Shown here: positions 35,806 through 50,100 of the stretch, piece after piece
How the letters are laid out: each line of letters starts with the position of its first letter
Numbering within the stretch: position 1 is the stretch's first letter
Source of the DNA: Cycas panzhihuaensis
Taxonomy: Eukaryota > Plantae > Cycadophyta
Direction of reading: 5' to 3'
Length of the DNA: 64,000 nt
Assembly (NCBI GenBank): GCA_023213395.1
Contig: CM041465.1
Location: 228,353,741 to 228,417,740, forward strand
Program-made: the position numbers and the translations under genes
The notes under the pieces: model-generated
Database searches by the model: none
What the model saw: the letters and a program-made list of their open reading frames with translations, nothing else
What the model was told of the DNA's origin: nothing

Positions 35806-38800
35806 TTATCAACAACCCCATTTCCTTCTCTATAGGTATGACACACTTGGAAGTTCTCTCTGCCCTTTATGATCTCTTGAATGCCTCTGATCATTGTGGC
35901 AACTTTCCAGTTCGGATCCGATTCTCCTCTGACCATCTTTGTCACATTTAGCAAATCTCTCTCGAGGATCACTCTTTGACAATCTTTCTTAGAGACAATT
36001 TCCATCGCCCTCTGCATAGCTGCCAGCTCTGCTTTGTGATTTTTCTGGCAGCAGTAGTATTCAACGAAGGCCCACTCAATTTTGCCTTTTGCAAATGCAC
36101 CCCCCCCGGCCCCCCTTGCTTCTCCTGGGTTGCCTTTAGTTGCCCCATCAAAATTCACTTTAACCCAATTCTCATGAGGGGGAGCCTATTTGCAATTCCT
36201 CTTCTGCCCCAAGCATAGGTTGGGTCTTCTAATTCCCCATCTTTTTAAGATGATCTCCTCTGAGTCCGGGATGAGCTTCTCATCTTGAATGCCAACTGCT
36301 TCTTCGAGCGCAACATGGGTTATACTGAAGTGTTTTCTCACATCCATATGTTTATCTTCAAAGATCCTTCTGTTTCTTTCCTTCTGCAGATTCCACATCA
36401 TCATGGGTAAAGATATTTGCCACAAATGCCTCAAAGTCCTCCATTTGAAAGGACTTTTCCATACAAGGACTTGCTCCTTAATAGTTCCAGAAATCACCCA
36501 CTCAATCCCAAAATGGGCCTAAATGAGATTCCAGACATTTCTGGAATAATCACAGTGCAGTAGGATGTGGTCCATAGACTCCTCTGCTTCTCGACATAAA
36601 ACACATCTGTTAGCCATCACGAAACCCCTCTATCTTAGATTATCCATAGTAAGAATTTTATTTCTGAGGCATAGCCACCAAAACATCGCGACTTTGGGAA
36701 TCAGGCCCAGTCTCCACACCCTCTCCAACATTGAATTTTTTTGGCCCCCCTTGTCTAAACATAAAAGCAAGTGCCTGTGCTTCATCGAGTACTCACTCGA
36801 GGGGGATAATAGCCAGACAAGAGAATTTGCCTCTGGCCTTTTAGGGATGTAACAATCTGCTAACTCTTTCCTCAGGGCTTCAATTTGATCGCTCAAGCCT
36901 TGGTCTTTACCCACCTCTTGAAATGTTCTCCAACTTCTATTCCGATCTTGGATCTCCTAGTAATCTTTTACCTTAACACCATAGGTTCTTTCGCAAATAT
37001 CTTGGATAGGGCTTATCTTCGGTCTTCTATTCAGCTGCATGTGACTGCACCATATATCTTCCTAGAATTTTATGGACGCTTCGTCTCCCAACTTCCATTG
37101 AACTCCTGAGGTAAGCATCTTTCTTGCGTAGAGAATGCTTCTCTAGATAGTAGATCCCAAAGATATAATGATGTCATCCTTTAAAAATTTCTTCCCTTGG
37201 AGATATTTCTAAGCAATGATTCTAACCCACAGGCCATCTTCATTCTTTGTCAATCTCTAGCCAACTTTTGCTATCAAAGCCTTATTGAGAAGTGTCATGC
37301 TTCGAATATTCAGACCTCCGGCCCATTTAGGGAGACAAACCTTGTCCCAAGCCACCAAGTGGGTTCTATCCCTCTCCTTCGCACCTGACCATAAGAATCT
37401 CTTTTGGATTGCTTCCAGAGTAGAGATAATCCTTGTTGGCATCTTGAAATAGACACCATGTATACCAGAATGCTCTGAAGGGATGCAGACAACAGTTGGA
37501 TCTTTCCCGCCTGGCTTAATAGAGATCTCTTCCACCCAACAAGCTTTCTCAGCACCCGCTTAATGATGGGATTCCATAGTTCTTTCTCCACCTTACCCAC
37601 AAATAGGGGCATGCCAAGATAGATAGTAGGAAAATTTCGGACTGACATTTCCAAAATTATCCTGATCCTCCTCTTGGTGATCTCTTTTGTATTCACAAAG
37701 AAGACAATGCTCTTGTTTGGGTTTATTTTATGGTTTGTAGCTCTCTCAAACCTCACGAGTTCCTCTTTAAGAGTGTGAGCTCCACTTGGGGCCAATTTTC
37801 CTAATAGAATGTTGTTATCCACAAATTGATGATGCACAATATCGTCAATGTTAGAAGTAGGCTTTGTTCCTTGGATCTTGCCTCTTCTCCTCGCCTCCTC
37901 CATCGCCCTTCCCAACAGTTCCGCCCGAATTATGAATAGGCAAGGAGATAAAGGATCCCCTTGGTGCAATCCTCTGTATCTAGAGAAGAAGGTAGTCAAA
38001 GTACCATTGATTATAATCGAGTATTTAGGCTTTGATATGCAGCATTCCGCCCATTCCTTCCGCTTGTCCCCAAAATTGAATCTTTGGATGTAATCCAAGA
38101 GGCAATTCCTGTTAGAATGTAATGTGTTATCTCTAGGATATTAAAGGGGTAATGTGCACACACTTGTATAGTAACCGACATCACAAAATATGACACTTGT
38201 CATCTCCAGGACTGTCAGTTACTTTTCTCTCTTTGTAACAGTCTTAGAACCAATTTGTATTTATAGAGACATAGTCTCCACATGAATATCAAGCAAAGCA
38301 TTCTGAATATAACTGAGTTACTCTTGTTTTAACATGGTATCAAAGCAGGTCTGCCTGGATACTTGTTTAACACTTTGAGAGCTGTGATTAAGTCTGAGAG
38401 CAAACTAAAGCAGAATATTAAAGACTTAAAGGTCAAGTAATGTCTTAAAGCTGAAGAAGGCAATCTGTTTGCGAAAATCTTTCTGTACGAAGTCAATTTT
38501 TCAAGGTACTCAGAATGAGTTGAAATTTCACTAGTTGGTGCGTCTCTGCATGAAGAAGATTTCTCTTAACTAAGTCAAAGTCATTGGGAGTCGTTTTGAC
38601 CCTGTTTTAGCTAGTAGAATAGCCACGCGGGATTGGGAGCTCGAACTCACGTTTTCTCTTCGATTCGCTTCAAAACCTGGCGAGGATTGCTGAATCTTTT
38701 GAGTAGATTAGACTCAAATCTTTTGTCCCTTGTAAGTATTATAATATTCTTCGAGCTGCTTTCCAGTGTCTTATTTTAGGTTCCTGCATGTATCTAGATA

Positions 38801-41800
38801 TCATTCCTACTGAGTATGATATATTTGGTCGAGTAGCTGTGAGATTTATCAGACTCCCAACCAACTGTCTATACCATGTGGCATTTACTGCTTGTTCTTC
38901 TTTGGCTGCTACTAGATCACAATTGACTTCCATTGGAGTTACACAAGAATTGCAATTTGCCATCTAAAATTTTACGAGCAGATCTCTTATGTATTTCCTT
39001 TGTGAAATTGAGACGTAGTTTTGTTCTTGAGTTACCTCTAGTCCTAAATAATAATTTAAGAGACCCAGATCTGTCATTTCAAACTTCTTTTGAAGTTCTT
39101 TTATATTTCTAATTGATTCTTCGTCGTTCCCAGTAAGGATCATGTCATCTACATAGACAACAATTACTGTGAGTAACCCATTCCTTTTCCTTATATACAA
39201 ACTTGAACCTGAATCACTCCTTTGAAACCCATTTTGGCATAGGTGTTGATCTAATTTCACATACCAAGCTCGAGGAGCTTGCTTTAGCCCGTATAGTGCC
39301 TTCTTTAGTTTAAATACTAGATGTTCTTGTCCTTCTTTTATGTATCCTTCTGGTTGTGTCATATAAACATCCTCTTCAGGGTCTCCATTCAAAAAAGCAC
39401 TTTTTACATCAAGCTGAAAGATTTTCCATTTAGTTATAGCTGCTAAGGCAATAATGGTCCTTATCGTGTTTATTTCGGCAATTGGTGAGAAGGTTTCTTC
39501 AAAGTCCACGCCAGCTGTTTGAGTGTACCCTTTTGCTACAAGTCGGGCCTTGTATTTTTCGACTTCACCGTTTGCCCCTTCCTTGATTTTGTAGATCCAT
39601 TTGCAATTGATTGTAGGCTTGTTTGGAGGCAGATTTACTAACTCCCATGTTTGATTTTTGACTATTGAGTCCATTTCAGAGTCCATTGCAGATCTCCATT
39701 ATGATTGATGCCTAGCTTCTTGAAAAGATTGTGGCTCTATTCTGCTTAAGAGCGCCTTTGGTTTTTGGCTTCTAGTTTTGTGCTTGAATATTTCTCCTTT
39801 TCCTTTTTCAATTGTTTTGATGACCTATTTGGTAATTTTTTTTCCTTTCTTTTGAGTTTTGTCCCTTCTTCTGATTGACTTGCAAATTTGTTTTCTAAAT
39901 TGATAGCCATTGCAGAAAAACTCATTAGACGAGAAGTGAGGCAAACCATTCACAATTTTCAATTTTTCCATCAACTTTAGAGTGTTCATTGGAAGATGCC
40001 CATACTTCAAATGCCACATTTTATTATCAGATTCAGTAATAGTACAAACTTTCATGTTTGGAGATACTGGATCTGCAATGAGTTTGTACAAGTCATCACT
40101 TCTTACTCCTTTGGCTATTGGGTTCTCATTGTTTTTCATATCTAAAATATGACAAAAACCTTCTTCATCAAGCACTGTTCTAAGGTTCTTTTTACTGAGT
40201 TGAGATACTGACAATATATTCATTTTCAAATTGGGAACCAGTAACACATTTCCAATTTTTTTTACATTTCCATGTAGATTGATTGCAATGGTACCTACCC
40301 CTTTTATTGTAAGTGGGTACTTGTCTCCCAACTCAACTGATCTGTTGGAATTGTATGGTGTCAATGTTTCAAACCAATCTTCATGATTGGCCATGTGCCT
40401 TGATGCTCCAGAGTCTGTACCACGTGTCTTCTTCTTTGAATCCTATTGACAATGCTGCTATGAAGGCTGTTTCTTCTTCTTCTTCTTCAGTTTTTTCTTT
40501 GCTATAATTGCCAATGGGTCGCTTCCCTCTCTGGATGTCTGCCCTCCTTTGTGGACATTGATATGGGTAATGTCTTGATTGACCACAATGACAACATATG
40601 TCGAAGGCTCTGCATGTATTGGCAAAGTGTCCACGCTTACCACATTTGTAGCAGAATTTGTTGTCTCTTATGCGTCCACGACCTCTAGAATCCTGCCACT
40701 GACCACGAGCTGGGCTTCTGGATTTTGATGCACATCCCCTTCCTAACATTTGATTTCGTCCACGAGATCCAAGAGAGAGTCTTGAGGCGAATGCTTCCTC
40801 CAGTTTTGATGACTCTTCATATCGTCTATTTCTCTGTTATTGTCTTATCAACATACCAGTTAAATCATCAAGAGTCATAGAATCAATTTGATTATTATTT
40901 GTTATAGAGTTGATGGTAAACGTCAAACGACTTTGGCAATTTGCTGGCCATCATTTCAACCAAGGCTTGTTCTGTAATATCATCTTATGCACTTAGGAGG
41001 TTGTTTCTGAGTGAGATGACTTTGTGCATAAACTCAATTATTGTATCATTTTCCTTCGTATGTAACTTGTATAACTCTTCCTTTAGAGTTATTATCCTGG
41101 CTTTGTTTTTTGTGACTCTAACTGGGCAGGGGACAAGGAACAAAGAAAATCCACAAGTGGATAATGTTTTTTCTTAGGAACTGCTGCAATCTCATGGAGT
41201 AGTAAGAAGCAATCTATAGTTGCATTATCATCAACTGAAATTTGGATATAAAGGCGTGATAACAACAACCTGTTAAGCAGTTTGGTTACGTCAACTTCTA
41301 TCTGAAATAGAGCAACAACAAGGATAGGCAACAACTTTGTATTGCGACAATTAAAGTGCCATCAAGCTTATAAAAAATCCAATCCTACATACCAGGACAA
41401 AACATATAGAAGTGCATCATCACTTCATAAGGGAAAAAGTTCATAATAAAGAAAAAGAGCTTGAATATTGTCCCACTACAGAACAAGTAGCAGATCTGAT
41501 GACAAAGCCTCTAGGAAAAGATAGATTCAAGTACTTAAGAGATAAACTGGGATTGAAAAAGATAACACATTAAGAGAGGGTGTTAGAATGTAATATGTTA
41601 TCTCTAGGATATTAAAGGGGTAATGTGCACACCCTTGTATAGTAACCGACATCACAAAATATGACACTTGTCATCTCCAGGACTGTCAGTTACTTTTCTC
41701 TCTTTGTAACGGTCTTAGAACCAATTTGTATTTATAGAGACATAGTCTCCACATGAATATCAAGCAAAGCATTTTGAATATAACTGAGTTACTCTTGTTT

Positions 41801-43850
41801 TAACAATTCCAAGACACTCTATCATAGGTTTTAGACAGGTCAATCTTAACTATCATCCTCGAACACTTCCTTTGGTGAGTTGAGTGGATTGTCTCATGAA
41901 TGACAACAATGCCATCCAGGATTTGTCTCCCCTTGATAAATCCATCCTGATTTGGAGAGATTATCAAAGGAAGGATCCTTTTTAATCTGTTTGCCAGGAC
42001 CTTAGCCCGAATTTTGTATTTAACGTTACAAAGGCTGATAGGTCTGAAGTCCTTGACCTGATTTGCTCTGACTTTTTTTGGGATTAAAACTAAAAAGGTG
42101 GCCTGCCACTCTCCATGAATCTTATGCTTCTCATGAAACTTTCTCAAAGCTATTATAAGGTCTTCCTTGATGATATCCCAGTATTCCTGAAAGAAGCTCG
42201 CGGGGAAACCATCCGGTCCAGGCGCCTTGTCTTTCTTCATTCCGAACACTGCCTTCTTCACTTCTTCTTGGGAAAAGGGGGCACTCAAAGTCCTATTTTG
42301 CTCCTCATCCACCAGTCTAGGAATCAGATTCAGAAGATCTCCCCTGGAGATGTCATCCTGGTAGCCAGGTTCATCCTGAAGCTCCTTAAAATAGTCCATC
42401 GCTACATTCTTTATCTCCCCTTCTTTGGAAACCTCCTCCCCTTCTCTATTTAGAAAGGTATTTATTTGATTACAGGATCTGTGCTTTAGCGTCGTCATGT
42501 GAAAAAACTTTGTGTTCCTATCACTCTGCCAGCCAGAGAGCCCTCAATTTTTGTCTTTAATGGATCTCCTCCTTGTTCAACACTTCCTCCAGATTCCTTA
42601 TGAGACTTCTCTCATTTTGGTCCAAGGTCTAAGATCTCCCTTCCACTTGTATTTTCTTTTTTAGGTTCGATAATTCCCCAATTATCTGATCTTTGACTTC
42701 AAAAATGTTTCGATAAACCTTCCTATTCCAGTCTTTTAGTTGTTTTTTCACCTAATTTAGTTCTTAGAGAACTTGTACATTGCACACCCCTCTAATGGGG
42801 CCTGCCACCACTCTTCAATCAACTCTCTGAGGCCCTGATGCTTGGTCCACATTAATTCAAAGCAGAACGGAGCACCCCAGTGCTTCTTGCTATCCTCAAA
42901 TTCTAACACCAGAGGGGAGTGATTCAAAGCTAGCTTTGGGAGTGCTTCTAGCTTTACCTCGTTATGGAGACTAGCCCAAGAATAGTTAATCAAAACTCTA
43001 TCCAATCTTACTTGAATGTGATGATTACCTAGTCTCCTATTTGACCAGGAGTACTTTGGCCCTTTAAGGTGGATGTCCATCAAGCCTCCTTTTTGGAGAA
43101 ACTTCCCCAAATCCATCATGCTTTTTGTCCATCCCTCATGACCCCCTTTTTTTTCATCGAGGGATAAAGCAATGTTAAAATCACCTGCAGTCAGCCAAGG
43201 ACCCTTCCACTCTATATAATGATCCAAGATCCTATCCCAGAGAGATTTCCTTCCTTCTTGAGTGAGAGGGGCATACACATTAGTAATCAGCCACCGACAA
43301 TTAGACCTCTTGCAAGTTATCCAGATAGAGATAAAATTATCCTCTATCACACAGACCTCCCTCGTCCAGGCCTTAGGGTTCCAAAGGGTGGCATGCCCTC
43401 CTGACCCCTGACGACCATCCATAGCTACCATCTCTGCCCCTTTTCAGACCTTATTCTTAATCGTATCCCTATTGTCTGCTCGCAACTTGGTTTCTTGGAG
43501 CATCAATATATTCGAGTTTAATTTTAATCGGAGCTCTTTCCCTATTCTCTGCTTAGATGGGGCATTTATACCTCGAATGTTCCATGAGACTATTTTCATC
43601 CCTCTCTTGGCCTCCATCTCCCTGGGCGCCAAACTACCGTCTGTTCCTTAATCTTGGCCCTTGGCCCCCTCCATCCCTGAGGGTTCTTTGATTGCCTTGA
43701 TCAATCTGGGATGTGGCCTCCCTTTCTCTGACCATCTTCGACCTAGGTCTACCCACCCTTTTTTTGCTCCCTAGGTCAGGGCCTCTGCCCTAGACCGAGT
43801 CCTTTTGATCAACCTGGGGCATTGCAAATTCTTTACTTCAATAGAGGTCT
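35806..43850 (-). mobile_element. Near full-length L1 LINE ORF2 (EN-RT-zf-RNase H), split by a copia insertion
   Basis: MKIVSWNIRGIN (about 43599), GDFN, LDRVLIN, KAPGPDGF, FRPISLCN, LHQGDPLSP, QFVDN, GGLNIR, zf-RVT, and NFDGATKGNPG..HTYREGNGVVD (RNase H). RT resumes across the copia TSD. Confidence 0.93.
38110..41805 (+). mobile_element. Ty1/copia element C with intact LTRs but inverted, integrase-deleted gag-pol
   Basis: 225-bp LTRs at 38110-38334 and 41581-41805, TSD ATTCC, PBS 38335-38346 and PPT 41572-41580 on +. gag-PR-RT reads on - (about 38686-41110); RNase H reads on + (41111-41570). Confidence 0.95.
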
Positions 43851-44059
43851 TGGATTGTAATTATGGGATGATGTCTTGAGCTTTATGATCCTAAAAATGC
43901 TTCCATGCACGGCTTTGATCTAAGTGGCGGAAGTGATTTCCTCATGGTTAGGTTACTGAGTTATTGGGAATACCTTTTGGCCAAAACAAATTTGAAACAA
44001 ATGTGGGAACGGGTGGTGGATAAGATCACTCTTAAACTTTCTAAATGAATAAATAGGTA

Positions 44060-44700
44060 GTTGTCAACTATGGGTTGATATGAATATGCCTCAAAGAAGA
44101 ACAATGGTTGTGGAGTGAAAGCAAAAACACACAACTATATGAGGCTAAACAACATATCAATTGTTGGAAAGGGAAAAGAGAGGGCTTTGCTCATAATCTC
44201 CTTCCTTTGTCTCCGTTTGCATTATTCTATGAAAGTACACTTTTATAATAAGAGAAGGTAGCTTTAGGTAGTTATTAATCCTTTACTAATTAATTCAAAC
44301 TAATTGAGTTTATCTAACTAACCCTAACTAACATAGCTTAACCATTGTCACTGGCTTGGTTAAGTCCATTGTTTACATAAACCATATTTCGACCTTTACT
44401 AATTACGTTATTTACATTAAATGCACGAGTGAGGTCTCATGATTTCCTTCCCCTTTTAAGAGGAAATTGTCCCCAATTTCAAGGACTCACAGACATATGG
44501 GAAGTATTGGTCCAGTGTCGCTCTGAAGAACCAATTTGTGTGTTAGAATAATTTGCTTTTTTTAATAATCAAGTAGGAGGCTTTTTGTTGGTTTGCACCC
44601 CTGGTCTTGATGTTAAGAATGGTATCTACTTAGCAGGGAACCGCAGGGTCATTAGGAATGCCCATTAGAATATCGTGGGTGCTAGTTTGCAGAAGCGGTG
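44060..44700 (-). mobile_element. 3' end of a gypsy element (chromodomain-like tail, PPT, LTR)
   Basis: Minus-strand DTILNIKTR..YLI / W..ATLDQYFPYV / LEIGDNFLLKGKE followed by a purine tract at about 44441-44455. LTR limits uncertain. Confidence 0.5.
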
Positions 44701-47199
44701 CCTTGTTGATGGAATGAAGAAGCAACAATGTAGGAATTGAAGATTCGAAGATTTGTGTAGCAGTGGAAGCTACACTTCTTCTCATCCTTTTGCAAAACAT
44801 AGTTGTTCTCATCCCTGGTTTAGCATGCATGTTGGTTGTAATGATATGGCTTGTCAAGAAGCAAATCAGTACATTGTAATGTGATAGTGTTAGAAACAAG
44901 CATACATATTTTTTATGTACACAACAAGCATGAAAGAAGCAAGCATACATAAACATAATTGATGTGGGAAACCTTTCTGTAAAAGTCCACCACAGAATAA
45001 TAGATTACATTGATATCGAAGATCAAATTATAATGGACTCAGGATCCCTTTAAATAGATCCACAAGTGTCTCAAATATACATTTGTCAGCCTACGTACAA
45101 TAATATATTTCATCACAATATTTGTACCATAATACACCGCATTAACATTAGTTGGGTTAAGTGGTTAAGTTACCACTCTAACATCCCCCCTTAATGTAAA
45201 TGTGGAGTCTTGAAGTCTTCCCAAGTGTTGGACTATACTTTGTCTTTGTCTTTGTTGATATATCCCCTCTTAAGAATAATTTTACTATGTCCCAAATTGG
45301 CATGAATCTTGATGAAGTGGTTTGCAGTAAGAGCTTTGGTGAATACATTTGTAAGTTGTTCTTCACTTGGACAAAATTCAACCTGCAACTTCCTTGATTT
45401 GATTTGCTCACGATTGTAATGGTGTTGGATCTCGATATGTTTTGTATGTGCATGAAATTTTGGATTCTTCGAAAGTCGAATAACACTTATTATCAATATG
45501 TATAACAGGTGTGCTAGAAGATGTATAAGATTCTCCAAAAGTCCTTGCAACCATATTGCTTCCCTCACACCTAAACTTGGTCCTTGGTATTCAGCCTTTG
45601 TAGAAGACAATGCAACGGTGGTTTGTTTTTTGGACTACCATGATACAAACCTATTGCCAATACCAAAGATGTATCCTGCAGTTGATTTCCTATCTTCAAC
45701 ATCTCCGCCTCAATCTGCATTAGTATACTCATGCAATTTCGCCTTTCCACCACGAAGGTATTCAAGGGCAAGATTAAGTATTCCCTTAACATACTTTAGA
45801 ATCCTCTTTGCAACAACCTAATATGGTTCTTGGGGACTCTACATGTAATGAGATACCAATCCAACAACATAAGCAATATTAGGCCTAGTAAGAGTTAAAT
45901 AAATCAAACTCTCTCCCAATTGCTGATATAAAGTCCCATCTACAACTAGCTTATTCATATCTTTCAAGAGCTTCATGCTCTTTACACATGGTGTCTTCAT
46001 TGGTTTGCAATCCTTCATCCATAATCTCTCAAGCAAGTTTTTTGCATACCTCGATTGCGACATCATGATGTGATCATCCATCTGCCTAACTTCAATGCTT
46101 AAGAAGTAATGAAGTTGCTCGAGATTTGTCATATCAAAAGTATGTCCCAAACAGGACTTTGTAGCTATAATAGTCCTATTACAGTTGCCTATAACAATAC
46201 GGTCGTCAACATACAACACAATAACAACTATTGTAGTTCCATTCCTTTGAATATAAAGACTCGGCTCCAATTCTGTTGTCACAAAACCATCCTCTTTTAA
46301 TCTAGCATCTATCTTATCATGCCAAGTAGGAGGTGCTTGTTTTAGGCCCTAGAGAGATTTCTTTAAGTGACACATTAAATGCTCTTGTTCGTCCTTCACA
46401 AAACCAAGAGGTTAAGCCATATAGATCTCCTCTTTTAAGTCTCCATTAAGGAATGCTGACTTCAAGTCCATCTTGTATAACTCCCATCCATATGCAGCTG
46501 CTAAAGCAAGGATCAATCAGATTGTTGTCATCTTGGAGACTGGTATAAATGTCTCTCATAATTGATTCCTTCTTTCTATTTGAATCCATATACAACAAGT
46601 CTAGCCTTATACTTGTCTACCTCTCCATTGAAGCGAAACTTCGTCTTATAGACCCACTTGCAACTGACTAGGTTCTTGGGTAGAGGTAAGGAACCAAATC
46701 CCATGTATCATTCTTCATGATTAAACTATACTCCTCCTCAATTGCAACTTTCCATCACAGATCTTCTTTTGCTTCTTCATATGAAATAGGATCACTGGAA
46801 TTGTTGGTGTCCACCACCAAAGTTTGACCAACACGTTGATTTCTCGTTCTTCATCCATATCCAAGATCTTCCATCGTCACACCGGATTCCTCAATACTCC
46901 TCCTAGCCCATAATAGAACATGCGGTGTTGTACGTGTCTCCTTTTGCGACGACTTCTCATTATTACTCCCATTTGGTCTTACTTATGTTTCTGACACTGC
47001 TTAGTTCCTTGATTTCTACACTTGTTGAAACATGGCTCGGGAATGGAAGAAGTGGAGGATAAAATCTATCTTCAAATGACCTCTTAGCATGGTACATCAA
47101 TGATTCATCAAACTTAACATCTTGACTAACCAAAAGTTTCTTCCCCTGTGGATCCCAAATGCTATAAGCCTTATTCTTTTGCAAAAACCCCACAAAGAT

Positions 47200-50100
47200 T
47201 GTAGGAATGAGTGGATAGGAGTAGGAGACATGTCATAAAGCACATGTGAAAAAACCACAAGAGATGACAATACGACAAATGACTCACAACTCTCCAAATC
47301 TCATTAAGAAAATATGAATGATATAAGTACATATTTATAACTTTACACTAAGTCTAAACATAGGAGGTGGTTCAACAACTCCAACGCTCCCATGAGTTTT
47401 GATGTGCTCAAACTACTTCATTAATAGTTTGAGCATCTTTGACTTCTAGAACATTGACTAAGAATCTTCTCTCACTAGAATATTCTCATCAAGAATATTT
47501 TATGTGAGCAATTATTCTAATGAAATGAAATGAACTTAAATGAACATCTAATGGGAATGTACATTATTTCAACACCCTCCCATAATGTTAAGTTCATTTC
47601 CTAACATAAACATCAGTGTCCTAAGTTTCTAAAAATTTCTCACAACTTAAAGTCTAAGTGAGAATACAGCTTGAGGGACAATACATGAACTCAACTATGC
47701 CATACTCCATATGTTGTCGAATAGAATGATGGTCTTCTTCCACAAGCTTGAATCTGTCACGGAACCCCAATTCTTCGATAGTTGGAAGGTATTTTGTTGT
47801 AGTAGAACAACTGAACGAGTCAAAAGAAGTCAATTAAGCCCACAATGGCTTCTCGAATGCTATAACTGCTGCTTTGTATACTACCTTGATAGAATAAGCT
47901 ATCCACATCAAGAGATCAACTAGAATTAGGTGCCAATGCACAATCTGTCGTTGATTCGGCCTTAACTGCTACGAGAGATCAACCAGAACTAAGTGGTTAA
48001 TGCACATCTTGTTGTTGAATAAGATCAACTAGAACTAAGTGTCATCCACATCCTGTTGTTAGGCTCAACTAGAATTAAGTGGTCAATGCACATCCTGTCA
48101 TTGATTATGATCAATCAGAACTAAGTGTCATCCACATCCTGTCGTTGCTTCGGCCTTTGCAGTTGCCTTTACAAATCTCCCAAAGAGGATTTCATCATCC
48201 TCATGCAGTACATGCAAGTTGTGATCATCAATGCGTGAACATCACACTCATTGTCTTGCTTCTCCAATGTCATAATCTTGGTATACAATATCGTGCTTGA
48301 TTTTATGCACTATTGTCATTTTTCAAGTCATTGTTGCTTCATAGAGTTGTTAGGTGTTTTCATTATCATCACCATAACACAATATGCTTCAGTAATAAGC
48401 TACCCAACTCACAAATAAAAGAGTTTGTGGTAGACAACGGTATGATAAGTATCATGCAAGTTGATAAGAGGTATATACTCTATAATTCACAACATAAGTC
48501 ACTCGTCTCCTTCAGTTTCTGCACATGAAGAGAGATAGAGACTAGATATTTTTCAAGAGTAAGCAAGTATCAGGACTCTAATAAATCATTAAGAGTCATT
48601 TTGCATTATATGCAAGCAAATAGAGATGAGCAATCTTCTCATCAACCACTAGCAAATTGATGAATGCTAGTGTTCCAGGTTCCAATTCTGTCATGTCATG
48701 CCGTATGACACCATGTTGTGGTATATTGTGCCGCTTTTGAAATGCCAACAATTGGGTCTGATTAGGCTTCATCTCTTCTCTTTTTAACAACTCCCATAGG
48801 TTTTCGTAAGATTAGAAAGTGTTACATTACGTAGGACTTACATTTTGCCTTAGTGAATCTAGCAAATTCTAGCTAGTAATTCACTGACATTTTATGAAGT
48901 CTGTAATTAAGAAATTAAGGAGAAGTAGAGTTCAAATCACCGCAAGTGTGAGTGTTAGACATCACTTAGTGACCACAAGGTGGATTACTTCAAAAAGAGT
49001 ACAAATAAAAAGGTTTAAAATACCTTTTAAATACACTGTCAAAAGAGGATGAAGTACTTAGAAAATCCTCTTAAAGTGCTTAAAAAAGAGGACAAAGTAC
49101 CTTAAAATCTCCCCTTTAAAATACTCTCAAAGTAAATTGGAAAATCCTCCTTAAAATAGAGTCAAAGATATACTCTAATGAGGATTAGGTACATGAGAAA
49201 TAGTCCTTTGAAGTACTCCTTAATGAAGCCAATAAAATACCTTTAAAAGAAGACAAACTCCTTAAGGTATTATGCCTAAGAAATATTCTTAAAGAGGATA
49301 AAATATTTTAAAAAAATCCTCTTAAAATATCGCCACAAATGTACTTTTAAAAGAGGTTATAGTACATGACAAAAAATCCTCTTAAAGTACTTTTACATGT
49401 CACTAAAAATGCTCTTTTGTGCCACCAAAAATATACCTAAATTCCTCTCAAGGTCCTATTTTATGTCTCCAAGAAATGCTTTAAAAGAGGATAAATTACT
49501 TAAGACAATCCTCTTAAAGTATCTTCTATGAAACCTTCAAAGCTAGCCCTTTAAAAGAGGGAAATTTTCTTAAAATAACCCCTTTTTGTTACAAAACACA
49601 TCCTTTAAATGATTTTAAAATGATGCCAAAAGTGTATTGAAAGAGGATATAATGTATAAAAAATCCTCATTAAACACTTTTATGTCACCAAAATACAACC
49701 GCCATAAATATCCTTTAAAGAAGATAATATAAATCTTCTTAAGATATACCCCTTTTTGTCGCCAAAAATACATCCTTTAAAGAAGATAAAATATAAAGCT
49801 TAAATAGCTTAAAATCCTCTTTAAAATAATGTATCCAATTGATGAAAATAATAAAATTTCACCTCAAGTATTACAAAAAAATATTCTTTCAAAGAATAAA
49901 ATATATCTTTAAAGCATAGAGGAATATACTTCTTGAATTATGACTCCGCTTGATAAAAGAAGCACTATTAAGGAATAAGTTCTTTCAAAATTATTTAAAA
50001 GAATTTAAAAAAGAAGACCTTTTATATAAATAAGCATATTCTAAAAAATATGCTAAAGTATATATTGTAATGTTTTAATACATTACAAATCTATTGAAAA

